From NCBI GenBank assembly GCA_051362555.1, contig CM120646.1:2790001-2854000 (forward strand): 64,000 nucleotides of DNA, given 5' to 3'. This DNA is from Lingula anatina. Its lineage: Eukaryota; Animalia; Brachiopoda. Position 1 is the stretch's first letter. Every line of letters begins with the position of its first letter. Under the pieces are notes generated by a model. It saw only the letters and a program-made list of their open reading frames with translations, was not told where the DNA came from and did not search any database. Position numbers and translations under genes: made by a program. This document shows, piece by piece, positions 12,801 through 24,700 of this stretch.

Positions 12801-15800
12801 TTTATTCCACAAAACAATGATTTTGATTGAAGACATTCAACAAGCAGGGCAGTGGTCCATTCAAGTCCATTCAAGACCGTCAACCGTGAAACCTTATGTA
12901 TGGAGATATCAAGCCAAAATGCTCCAAATTATAACAGGCCTGGGCAAAAATGACTGGATTTCCATTGAGATGAAGGCCAGGATGACCCAAATGCAAAACA
13001 GATACAGGCCAAGATGACCCATATAGTAAGGAATAGGTCAAGATGTCCATTTTCTAAGAAACAGGTCAAGATGACCTATATTCAAAGAAATAGGTCAATA
13101 TGAACCACATTCAAGAAATGGGCCATGCCAACCCATATTCAAAGAAATAGGTCACAATGACCCATATCCAAAATTGGTAAATCTGATCCATGTTCAGCAA
13201 GTTATTTCGATCAAGGCATATCTAACCAAAACACAAACAAGGATCATTATCACACCTCAAGATGCACTAAAAGGGTTTCATGTTTCTAGCCACATGCCAA
13301 GGGTATACCTCCATACCGATCCCGCGACTGACTACGTCTACCGTCCTTACTCCTACCGTAATCCAGCCTTGGAAGGCTTTCACGCCCTGGAAAATATACG
13401 GAACACTCTCCCTAGAAGTGTGAACTCCAGAGCTGCCAGTTGTTTCAAAGGTGATAAACCTGGTCATGTTATGGTGACTTATACTTCTTGCATGGTATCA
13501 ATAAATGCTACTTTTTGTTATTCTAATGTAAAAATGTAACAAAACTTCTATTAACCAAATTTCTCCCATTAGCTCTTATTTTTGTCATTGCTTATTAACT
13601 CTTATCTGCAACATACAATAAAACAGGCGTTTCTACAACTACCTCCTGCTCGGCTTGGAAAGCTTCTATCAATCGACTGATTCCTTCCACCATATCTATC
13701 CAAACTCTGATACCGCTTTCCATAATACACATTTTGATGAACACGCCCACCAATGGATCTATCCAATGACTGATAACCTGACCCATACTGAGGCTCAACG
13801 GACGAGCCCCGAGGACCGTAGCGCGTGTGTGACCTATTACGTCTTTTGCGCCCCTGAGGGATCTCAATTGAATGTCCCAGCTTGTCAAGTCTGCCGCGGG
13901 AACGATTTATGTGTGTGCTGGTGGCATCCTCGTCAGTCGTGTAATCAGTAGTGTCGCCCGTTAAACGTAAGGGGCTTAAGAACGCCAGGCCTGATTTTGA
14001 CTGATCTATGCTGCTATGCCTTATCCTATCACATTTCTGTAGTATGTCGGGAGCAATGTAATAAGGATTGGAAGGATCTGAAATTGTACGTAAATTCTGC
14101 CTTTTCAACATTCTTTTTCAGCTTTTGATCAGATACTTTTCTCTGAAGACAGAAAAGTCTCATAAAAGTAATATTTTACCAGAAAAAATATCATTTTTGT
14201 TTTTTGCAAACTTTCTATAGCTAACCATTATTTTGCACTTTTTTGACACGAAAGCTAAATCATAATCATGCTGTCAGTTTTCATTTTCACAAAACGTAGG
14301 GCAAAATAAACCATCCAATGATAATGCAGCTGTAAGTATAAACCACATCTAAACCACACAAGGAATGGTAGAAAACAAGACAAAACACTCAGCAATCAGG
14401 TCTCAGTTATCATTCAAGGAAATCACTGGGCAAAAGCAGATCAGCGGCAGGGCTTTGTTTAAGTTTAGGCAGTGGGAACAAACCATGCCAATATCAATCA
14501 TGCAATGAGGCTCCGTTCACATGAAAAATCTATTTTCTAAAAATCTATTTTCTATTCGAGGCATCTTGTGATCACGGTCTGTGCCCTGAATACCCCGTGG
14601 CTTAATTACTGGCAGCACAAGCCAGTTACTTCCAAAGCTGTAATTAATTCTCGGCTGCACTCGGAGTGATCACAAGATACCGCGAATGGAAAATAGATTT
14701 TTAGAAAATAGATTTTTCATGTGAACGGAGTCTGAGTGTAACCACAGATTGCTTGAACCCTCATCTATATGCACCACTGACATTAAGCTGGACTAGGCTC
14801 TTCTATGGGCAAACACCATTATGAAAATACACCGATTTCATACTCAACTCCAACAAAATAATGCTGTTTTGTGTATAATTCCTCACTATTCTGACGAAAT
14901 ATTATTGATATCATTTTGGGCTTAATTCAGAGAGACCATCATTTTAGTAAGTTATTATATTGTATTGTGTTGCTTTGTATCACAGTGTTGTGTTGTGTTG
15001 TGTTGTATTGAGTTGTGTTGTTGTGTTGTGTTGTGTTGTGTTGTGTTGTATTGCAGTCTGCTATGTTTACCACTGGCCTGACTACCGATGCCAGTAAAAA
15101 TTGGACCGGGCCAGTGAAATATCTGAAAAACAGTCAGTAACTGGAACTGATCAGGCTAGTGGATTGTTTCAGCTGACTAAAAAGTACTGTACACTGATAC
15201 AAACATCTTTAGAAAGCACATCCACTTCAATAAACATGCTCCATCAATCTTTCATACTTATATGTATTCATACTTCGAGCACAGAAGATGCATATATGAC
15301 CCCATTTCCATAGATTTTAGATCGACCTATCCCTGTGGGGAGCCTCACTAAATTACTGTCAGCTTAGCCGGCTTAAGCATCTGTCCTGCCTACTAAAAGC
15401 TGTAAGGCGGTAATTAACTATGGTGGGCGCTCGGCTGACTGCAATTTAGCGTGAACCCCCAGGGAGTTAGGTCGATCTAAATCTAAATCCCTGGATCGAT
15501 CTAAATCTCTGGGAATGCACCCTATGTAACAAGATAGTATGTCAAGCCTTTACAGTAAATTAATAAGCAAAAGCACCGATTCATGTTATCCAACCCACTT
15601 GAATGCTTGCTGAGCAATCCCCACAAATATCTATTCAGTTTCTAATCAGGAATTGAGTGGCAAGCTATTTAGTGGGTCACCATATTTGATCCGCAGATCT
15701 GTTAGTCTGCTGTTCTCAATGCGCTCCATGATAATGTTACTAAAGCTGGTTAAATAATTTAGCTATTTCTTTCTTTTTCTAGAAACAGGATGAATATTTC

Positions 15801-18058
15801 ATTCCATAGAACTACCACTGCCACATTGTGACTCAAAGAAAACCAAATTTTGGGACTAAATTCACCTTGGAATCTGGACCCTAATCACCAAACTTCTCAA
15901 AACACCAAAACATTCATACCCATTCTTAGCAATGCCAATGGTTGTTTACAGCATGCTGTGTCCATCACACCTTAATAAACAAAGCATTTATTTATCTGGA
16001 AATCTCAGCCCTTTCTCTTTTATAACGCAAAGCATTACGTTATGGCCTACGGACCCACTTCTGACTTCTACATTTCCCATTTTTACCATAATGAGTGAAA
16101 GTCACCAGTCTTTGCCATTATAACTAAGAACTCATAAGTGGGTTTATAGAAAGTAATTCTGTGAAAGTTTTTGGATATGGTAAATCATGGTGAATAGAGG
16201 TAAAAGGCTGATATATCAGACTAGTTAATTTTTGCCATATTATAAAGGATGAGCACTCACTGTCTGCTATCACAGATATCACAGGGAGGGGAACAGAAGA
16301 TGTTAATACAGAAAGAAAACCAAACTCCACCAACAACCTGCCCCTTTTTTTATGTTTCAAACCAAAAAATTCTGCATTTCTTCAAAACTTTCTTTTTTTG
16401 TGAAAATAGCAGTATTTCCATCCCTGGATATCACTGCAATCTAAAGCAGTTCTGAGTCATGCACTCTCAGGAAGTCACAATACAGGTTTGTTTTGAGATG
16501 ATTCATTTTAACTACTTAATTCTCTAACAAGGTGAGAACTTTTTTATGGAGAAACCCCTTGTTAACTCCATGGGCAATATTCTACATCTAATACAAAATC
16601 CAAAAATTAAATCATTTATTTGGTCTAATGTTACATCTACGAATCTCCTGAATGTCATCCAACACAGGACCTACGCTGGTCTACCAAAGGTGCATTTGTA
16701 AATTCCCCACCAGATTTCCTTACCATCAAACCCACCACCGCCACCTGGTGGTCCGCGGCGCCAGTCGCCTTCCGTCCTGTCGGGATCTCCGCCTCTGTCC
16801 TGGTCCCGTCTGTCTCTGTTCCCGTATCCGCCTCCTCCACGCCTGTCATCATCTGCTGAAAAGATTGGAATAAAACAACATGACACAATGTTGATGTCTT
16901 AGTATGTCTTGTTGACCTTCTTTTATTTTAAGGTCAACATAACACAATGTTGACCTCATAGTATGTCATGTTGACCTATTATTGTAGGGTCAACATGACA
17001 TAATGTTGAACTCAGCAGGCTGCACTGACTTATCAATTTATAAGGTCAACATACCATGATGCTATCAGGTTTGCCAACAATTTTTTTAAAATTATTGTTG
17101 ATGTACTTTGGACATAATATCTCCTTCCATAACACATATAAAAAGATTGAATCCCTAAAAATTCCTTCAGAGGGATTTAATTTAATATCAATTATATTTC
17201 AAATACTTGGAGAAAAAATGCTCGCTACATATCAGTTAGAGTACGAAACCAAACTTTCACAATGGGCACTGACATCCCCGCTCAGAAATTACATCACAAA
17301 AACTCTATTGTTGTCTAACTCACATGTCATTATTGTGTACAAAAGCCCTCATACTGATAACACTTCAGCAATTAACAATGTGATGCTTTATGTGTGTGAC
17401 TTTCTTATCTACACATAAATAACAAGTTGGTAGTTAATGTGAAGTGCATGCAACCTCAGAAGTGGTATTCATACCATTGCTATATTCAATACACATCTAT
17501 AAAATAATCATTAACTGGCCCTATACAATCAGCTGATAAAAAACTACAGGTATTACATAAAGCTGTTTCTATATACTATAACATAAGGATGTTTGACATA
17601 CTCCGAAAGCAATGACTCACGTTGCAATCCAATTATAGTGACCTCCTACACCATGACTGCAGTGATGGTTATTAAGTGAGATAATTTATCTTGTCAATTA
17701 AAAGATAATTGAAAACATTTTCTCACTAATTTATCATTGATTCGTTGAAAGATAAGTCACTCTGCCAGCATCATTGTGTCTCCCTAAAATACCTTTATCT
17801 ACTTGGTGCCATCACATCTGATGTTTAAAAAATTCAACCGTTTTCATGTCATCAATATTCATGCACTCGGTTCTCCAAAAGCAGCTGCCTATTCATCACC
17901 GACCGCGTAATTTCCTCCCCAAGGAGAACAAGACAAATCAATCCATTGTTCTCTGATATGACTATGACATAATGCTTGTTAAATTATTAACGTGTGCCCA
18001 ATATACTAAATATGGGATTTTTGATTTTAGAGTAATTTTGTACACTCCAAACTACAAA

Positions 18059-18097
<39 letters not shown>

Positions 18098-20620
18098 AGA
18101 AGCAAACAAACAAATTTTGGGAGCGATTTATATGTCAATTGATGTTAAGTGATAGTAAGTGGTGGCAATTATTTTCCTGATAGTGCTCCAAGAATCCCAC
18201 AACGTTAACCCAATACCATTAACCTGCTTCTAACCTCAATCAACAAATGAGTTATTCTTAACTAATTAAATGATAGGGTCAATTACTTTAATTAGCTGTA
18301 GTTTCCAATTCAAGACTGGCTAAACATGAAGCTGCCTGGAATCCTACCCCATGGGTGAAAAACTTTGACAATGTTATACATGCACTAACTTTGAAATATC
18401 TGTCCAACATGGCTTTGCTCGTTAGATGATGTCAACAATTATTCAGTGAGTAAATTTCTTTAAGCATCAGCTCCTTAAATACCACAATTGACAGCTACAC
18501 AGCAGTTGTTTTCAATGGCATTTCTTCAATAATTATCTTTTTCATATGAAAGATTATATATCATTATCATACACACCATCATCTTTAAGGTCTATTGTTC
18601 TTACAAACCTTTGAAGGAATTCTTGAAAGGGCAATTCTTAAGTCTATTAAATTTTCTTTATATTGAAAATTGATTTACATTTCATAATCATTTAAACCTT
18701 TCTCTCAAATGATTATCATTCTTCACAGACCTTTCTGTGACCCGCTTGCCAGATCCACTCGAATCTTTCTTCCTCGCAGCATCTAAAACACAGAAAAGAC
18801 AAAGATTAACTCTCACTTTATATCACACGATGTACAAATCCATGTAGGAACACTTTGTCAGCAGGGATAACTTCTTAAAATTTATTTCTCCTCTGCTTCA
18901 AATAACATTCAAATTGATAATTCTGAAATATTCTTAAAAATATGAGTTCCCTTACTAAACAGTGACCAAGGTGCAAGGTGATACATGCATATAAATAATC
19001 ATTATTATTAAATCAAATGCATCAATCTTGGATCTAAATGTGACAAATTACATCATAACCCCTGTGTACAAATCATATTCATGCAATAACTTTATATTGA
19101 ACAGAACCCTTATAAAATCTACATGTGAATAATTTAGGCAAACATACAAAAAAGAAGGAAAATAAATTAATTAATGATCGCACCTCATCATTCATGGCTA
19201 GGGCCTCTATTAACATCTCTCTGTCGGGAAACTCTGCATAGCCAAAACCTCTTAACCTACCGCCATCAGAGGGGAGACGAACGTTTAGCACCTGGAAGAA
19301 AATAAAATGAATGGTTCAAAAACTAAGCAAATCAAACAATACGACTGGAAAAAGATACCATTTATCTGTATGCAACAAAGTTTAGGTCAATTCTCTTGTG
19401 AATATTCAACAAGGGTTTTATTCTATTTGTTTATTTATTATTTTTTTTATAGATAATTTTGACTCTGTAGTTCTTTGCTCATTCTCCATTTGCAGGTCTG
19501 AAGATTTTTCTTTCTCTTGTAGATTTTATGCCCCTAAACATGAAAATATAACTATCCCATAAAACACAGATTGCAGAATGGAAAATCTTACCAAAACAAC
19601 TAAATCAAAGCTCTTCAGTGAAAGGTTGAAATATCATTTCTCAGATGTAAAACAAAAAGGAAAAACATATAAAAATGACTTATTTCTTTTAGCACCATTA
19701 CACAAGGGAAAACTAAAAAAAAATTCACCTTACTTGAATAGCTTTGGGTACCTACCCCCAGTTTAGCAAAGAACTCTGCAATCTGCTCTTCATCTATGTC
19801 ATACGGAAGATTCCCAACATAAGCTGTGAATGGGGGCTCTGTGGGCACGCGACTCATGTCAATGTTGGGCCCCCTCGCGGCACGTGGTGCTGTTGGGAGC
19901 ACAACCTTCTCCGCAGGTCCTCCATATGTATAGTCACTGGAGTCTGTAGAAAAAAATAATCATATCTATAGCCTGATCTCCACTTGAATAAGTCTGCATT
20001 ATTCTTTCAGCAAACTGTAATAAGGTATATATATATCTATACTTTAGTGCTTACAGGCATGAGTAATATTGGAATTATTGTACTACAATTTATATTTCAC
20101 TATGTTAAATATATGTGGCAATTTAAAGGGCACCACTGGTTTGAAATTGACTTGGATGGACCACCTCCAACAACTCCATTTAATCATGAAAATAAAAATG
20201 AAAATAAAAAATAACGAAATGAAATGTATTATTATGTTTACCATTTACATCCTCGTCGTCCACAATATCTCCCCAGTTAGAGCTTGATCCAATAAGGACC
20301 GTTTTGCCAGACTCGGATTCATTTTCATCAGCAAGAAATGCATTCAAGCTGATGGTCTGTCCCTTCTTCTTTCCTTTCTTTTTATCTGCAATTGAAGGAG
20401 AAAAATATTACTCAATAGTAACAGTTTTCCATTCTACATTGTATCTTATACTAACCCAAATTATGCTTCATAAATGGTTATTTACATTATGATGGAAATT
20501 ATTATTATTCTAAGGAGCATAACCTACAATGAGCAATTTATACACTAAAATAATTCTATATCATACACAAAGAGTGATATTAGACTTAACTTATCCCATA
20601 TGCCCCTACCGCCCCCCCCT

Positions 20621-20656
<36 letters not shown>

Positions 20657-21240
20657 TATGGTGTTACGAAAAGGAAAAGAGAGATGGGAGACAGCAGATG
20701 GATAAACTTCACGAACATCTGTCAAAATATATTGTTGCATCACTTTGAGGAATAGTCATCACCAGACCCATCCCTAGATCTTTCAAGGTAAAATTCTCAC
20801 ACAAACTTTTCTTTATCGCCGCCTGCAGTCAAGCGATTTGGACAATATGTTGGCGTTCGCTGCCAGCTCACCACTCGTTAGCTGTATCGTACATGCAGAG
20901 ATTCGTGTTTTTGATCACGCGAACTTCCAGAATTTTTCTCAATATTGCAGGACAAGATAAATAATATTATGTGAAATATGGTGATTAATATTTTGGCAAC
21001 AGCGATCAGATTTCAGGAATCGGGACCGCCGCCCCGACTGGCCTTACAAGGTTAGGAGTTGAAGCGATGAAATCATGGTTGCGCTCTCTTTAGTATAAAG
21101 GTTTTTAACAGAATCATGCTTTAGCCACGATTATCTAATGGTACGGTACATTTAATGGTTAATCACAATTTAACTTAACTAATTATTTGATGAAATATTG
21201 TGAAATATAAACACGTGTGATGCTTACCCGTGGAAGCCAT
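866..21240 (-). CDS. EIF4B: Eukaryotic translation initiation factor 4B, about 775 aa from 17 core coding exons
   Basis: Exons in transcript order: 21228-21240, 20242-20385, 19756-19943, 19184-19291, 18731-18782, 16724-16855, 11149-11544, 10830-10938, 8049-8080, 7518-7613, 6958-7162, 3902-4059, 2669-2817, 2105-2284, 1673-1790, 1097-1287, 866-922. All are GT-AG and phases chain into one 2328-nt frame. The protein has [31 protein letters not shown], an RRM ([13 protein letters not shown]...RGFGYAEF...IRVDLA), DRYG repeats, [33 protein letters not shown] and C-terminal [10 protein letters not shown], all eIF4B hallmarks. Confidence 0.95.
4083..6700 (-). mobile_element. Non-autonomous Helentron-type element (HINE/DINE-1-like) with internal tandem arrays
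   Basis: Minus-strand 5' end: T-tract then hairpin TATGTACAGACAC-AGAT-GTGTCTGTACATA, followed by a CGTCGC-type microsatellite. 3' end: subTIR TGTCTGTACAT, short hairpin GACAGC-TTT-GCTGCC, then TTGTT. Internal arrays of about 159 bp (x3), 400 bp (x3) and 300-340 bp. Confidence 0.75.
8315..10812 (-). mobile_element. Second, composite copy of the same HINE family (sub-copies about 8315-9197 and 9209-10812)
   Basis: Same termini as 4083-6700 (aacaaggcagcaaagctgtcaaatgtacagac ... atgtacagacacatctgtgtctgtacat), the same 159-bp and 400-bp units, and an internal truncated terminus at about 9175-9197. Confidence 0.75.
11149..11544 (-). repeat. Coding tandem repeat (mostly 24-nt unit, GDRGGDRY) forming the eIF4B DRYG domain
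   Basis: Repeated ccatagcgatc(t/a)ccacctctgtca units. Translation (DRYGDRGG)n is in frame with the flanking exons. Confidence 0.92.
12940..13172. repeat. Degenerate 28-32-bp minisatellite (about 8 units), most units containing an AGGTCA-nnn-TGACCY-like palindrome
   Basis: Palindromes start at 12974, 13006, 13035, 13063, 13092 and 13149. Consensus is aggtcaagatgacccatattcaaagaaat. Confidence 0.8.
13309..13386 (-). CDS. EIF4B: Probable symmetric (phase 1-1) 78-nt cassette exon of eIF4B: [27 protein letters not shown]
   Basis: Acceptor TTTTCCAG, donor G|GTATAC, length divisible by 3, no stop in the eIF4B frame, and it ends in DRYGG. Confidence 0.7.
13643..14111 (-). CDS. EIF4B: Candidate alternative N-terminal coding exon of eIF4B (156 codons; exon probably 13643-14142)
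   Basis: Long open frame from ATG 14111 in an AT-rich intron, with three YQSLDR/NQSIDR repeats and DRYGG. Phase-1 donor GGAG|GTAGTT at 13643/13642 matches the downstream exons. Polypyrimidine acceptor CTTTTCTGTCTTCAG lies 31 nt upstream of the ATG. Confidence 0.55.
14509..14732. mobile_element. PIF/Harbinger-like MITE
   Basis: TIRs ggctccgttcacatgaaaaatctattttctaaaaatctattttc / gaaaatagatttttagaaaatagatttttcatgtgaacggagtc, 3-bp TSD TGA. A related copy lies at 51383-51642. Confidence 0.8.
14985..15050. repeat. (GTGTT)n pentanucleotide microsatellite
   Basis: Read directly. Confidence 0.9.
15298..15522. mobile_element. Degenerate foldback MITE
   Basis: Imperfect long inverted arms (tttagatcgacctatccctg...cactaaattactgtcagc versus gctgactgcaatttagcg...cagggagttaggtcgatctaaa). 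Boundaries approximate. Confidence 0.6.
16876..17055. repeat. Degenerate tandem repeat (about 56 bp, about 3 units) with internal palindromes gttgacct...aggtcaac
   Basis: (a/g)ggtcaacat recurs at 16931, 16987 and 17043. Confidence 0.7.
18056..18097. repeat. (AAAT)n microsatellite
   Basis: Read directly. Confidence 0.9.
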
Positions 21241-21701
21241 CTTGGATTCCGTCAATGCCCGGATGAGTGTAATTTGTTTTGTTTGCTCAATATGGACGCT
21301 GCTTTGGAATAATGAACACGAAACAAAATGTGAACAATTGTTAAGGTTGATATTATCTTAACAAATTATCCCTTAAAAACAGGAGAAAAAATAACATGCC
21401 AAAAACGTTCCCAAAATGCATTTCGGACTCGATTTTATGACAGGAAGTCCAATTCCGAGCAGCGACTGACTTTGTAAAATTAAACCACAACTCTTGAAGG
21501 CTATTGATAACATTGTTACTGAAGACATGAATCCATCATTACTTCTCTTTAAATATTTCATGCTATTTAATTGCTGTTTTACTTTAATAAAAGATATAAA
21601 GTTTTGCAATTTGACCTCCCCGTTTTTAGCCTCAGCCTCGATTTCACCGAGGTTCATTTGTGTACATTGACATTAACATTCCGCTTTTGAAATAAGCAAA
21701 A
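21241..21701. promoter_or_regulatory. Bidirectional promoter and 5' UTR region shared by eIF4B and LZTFL1
   Basis: The two divergent start codons are only 461 bp apart. Confidence 0.7.
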
Positions 21702-24700
21702 ATGGTAAGTATCTATGCAATTTTGCATGCTCCATAGCTTTTATCGTCAAGTTTGGATGTGCAAACAAGAAAAGGATACTTTGTCGATTTACAACGGTAT
21801 TCGTTTCGAACATAAATTAATTGTAATTGCAATACGCCTGGCAAGAATTTTTCATTGCCGAATCACGCGAATGTCGCTTTCTGTTTCTCACCGTGTGACT
21901 ACTAGCACTGTCAATTTTTAAGTCGTTGAAGACGTTTCAGGGCGTATTGAAGGGGTAAAGCTGGTGAAGTAATAGTTAATTAATGCGAGAAATACATCTG
22001 TCGTCAAAATAGATGTGCCATATATCGATGGTGAGGAGTAGGACTTTTTTTGGAGGGGGGGGGAGCTGCAAATTGCAATATACAAACTGGTTTATTATTC
22101 GTTTCACAGAGGATTTGCATTTCGCTCCCAGTTACGTAATATTAATTTAAATGATATTAATGCTGCATTATTTCAGATTTTCGTACCTGCGCTGTAGACT
22201 TGTTAAATACATCACATTCTAGTGATAAACTGTACATATTGTACAATATATTGATTGGTGCAGTTAATTGGCTAGTAATGCTATGAACTTATGGTAATTT
22301 ATTTACAGGGAAGTAACCCTAAGTGGATTGTTTTTATACACGTATCACTTATAAGCAAAATATGTTCAATCTAAAGTTTAGATTAAATAAAAAATGAGGG
22401 AGGATGTGTATAGTTTTTTTTTTTTTTTTTTTTGGGGGGGGGAGAGAATAATTAATGAAAACATGGTCTAAATTCAGAATAAAAAGAAAGAAAAAGAAAC
22501 CATGCAGCATTGAATGTACTAGTATTAAAAACCAAAAACTATAATACGCTAGCCCATGCAGTTTACACCTGGTTACTTCTAAAAATATTCTTGTGAGTCA
22601 ACATCGTATAGCTTAACTAACCAAGGACTTTGCTGTTTTCTTGGCTAGGATGATTCATCTGTGTAAAAAGTGTACATACTAATTGCGTGTCTTTTGATTA
22701 ATCTAATTTTGATTTATTTATATTTATTCATATTTGTTAGACTTTTGTGCAAAAATTAAAAGAACAGAACTTAAGCAGTGTGCTTTAAGTCTTGTGTGTC
22801 TATAATTTTGCTGTCATTTCTAGTCTAAACTAAAAAAGAAATACAAATCAAAAGAAGAAGAGGTAAGTATTATTAGTCAGCATAACATATTAATCAGGAT
22901 CAATCATGCATTTAATACTAACACTAAGGCCACACTTTTTTATTTTTATGGATGACATCCTGCGCGCGCACCGATTTTCGTCCGTTCTCCCAAAAAAAAA
23001 AAAAATCCCCCCCTCCCCCCCCCATCGAAGTCGGTTGTCGCAAACGTCGTTATTGAATTTGCCGGAAAATGTGCTTTCTGCGCATGCGTATTACTGCCAT
23101 GTGGAAATATGGCCGCTTTGCCATCAAATTCATCTCTAGGATTACTTTCAAATTACAGGACAATTAATTATATAAAGTCATAAAGAGAACGGGGCCGTCG
23201 TTTTGGATTGTTATGCCATTGATATTGGGCATGGAGATATCCAATTTTTTACAATTATGCGAAAGCTGGCGGCGGCCAGCAATTATCACCCGGAAATTTC
23301 AGTGATATTCTGTCCAAAGCAACACATACCAGGTTTTTTTGTAGCGAAAAAAAAGGGTCGACAGGGCGTCCAGGTATTTGGTGGGCTGTAGGTCGGTCAG
23401 GCCACCGACAGTTTGGGTGCTTCATGTGAGTCGAAGTAGACCAAATGGCATCGACCGAAATGACCTTTTATAAGATTGGTAGTATTAAGCATATCTTTGC
23501 ATCATTTTTTCCATAAAAACTTAATGTATCTAGATCAAATTTTACCCAGAGTGGACCTTTATCCAGCAAAAGGGGTGGTTCTTTCTAACCCCCTGGCTAC
23601 GGGCCCGTCTATTCATGACTTTTTTTTTACCTTTCTACGAAGTATTCACAATGCTTTAATATTTTGAGAGCATCGATAAAGACATATTGTTAGTTTGGTA
23701 TGTGTTTCTGTGGTAAATTTGTGTTTCCAGCTGTGTACTGACAGCATTCCTATACTTAAGCAGCATTTTTTTTTTTTGGACTTTTTTTTTTTCGCCCTCT
23801 CGCACCGATTTCGGGGTCCCCAGAGGATGTCATCCATAAAAATAAAAAAGTGTGGCCTAATACTAAAACTTACCATGAATGGAGCAAAAGAAATAAATAT
23901 TTCTGTTATCATGCATATTTTGTTTTAATTATTTATTACTAGTCATTACATTAAAATAATTTTTTTTTTTTTTTGAACGTGAAAAGTTTTCTGGGTTGGG
24001 ACTAAATGCATAAGTAATGAATAAAACACATCTTCGGCATGTTTCATTTATTAAACCTTTCAGTGTTTAAGATATAATTTCGAGAATAGTGTTTTGCTTC
24101 ATATCAGAGGGTTATGTATTTGCATGACAGAATAACAAAGCAGGAAGCTTAACATAAGATATTGCATACTGTAACCTTTGAGACCCAACACATTGCAGAA
24201 GACTAACATTTAGATTGCAAGAGTTTCATTTATGAAACTTAACCCAAGTGTAATAGCAATTCATATAATATGTCATTAGTACAAGTACATAGTACAAGAA
24301 CCAGTACAGACTCAGCCCCCCCTCCCCCCCCCCCCCCACCCCCAGTTCCCTGAGCATCATAGGTCATCTGATTGCATTTAGCAAAGGTCTCTGCACGATT
24401 GTTTCATTGGGAACGAAGCCTTAGTGTTTATGTTTACTCAGCACCAACCTGGTACAAGAAAATTATAAGTCAGGGGGGATGGTTTTACACCACCTATTAC
24501 TGGGTACTCAGGTTGGGTGAACATACCCTCCAGCCTGTTCAATTTAAGATAAGATTCAATTCTACCAATATGTTATAGTCAAAAATTTGTTCTTTTACTG
24601 ACCAGTTTTTGTGTTGGATCATTAGACCCTTTGTATAGACCTTTGCAGCCCAAGGGGCCAGGAAGCTGAATTGTATTGACCATGTTCTGTACTAGGATAT

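Noticed and set aside
12940-13172. Regularly spaced palindromic repeats resembling a CRISPR array
   Set aside because: The units are directly tandem and degenerate with no unique spacers, there are no cas genes, and the context is a eukaryotic intron.
17830-17900. Possible intronic box C/D snoRNA (GTGATGA on the minus strand at about 17893-17899); another candidate at about 21003-21085
   Set aside because: The first lacks a well-placed CTGA D box, the second has a poor C box, and no rRNA-complementary guide was recognised. A snoscan or Infernal search would be needed.
21241-21300. 5' TOP / TCT start motif expected for eIF4B
   Set aside because: No clear oligopyrimidine tract was seen on the minus strand and the TSS cannot be placed from sequence alone.
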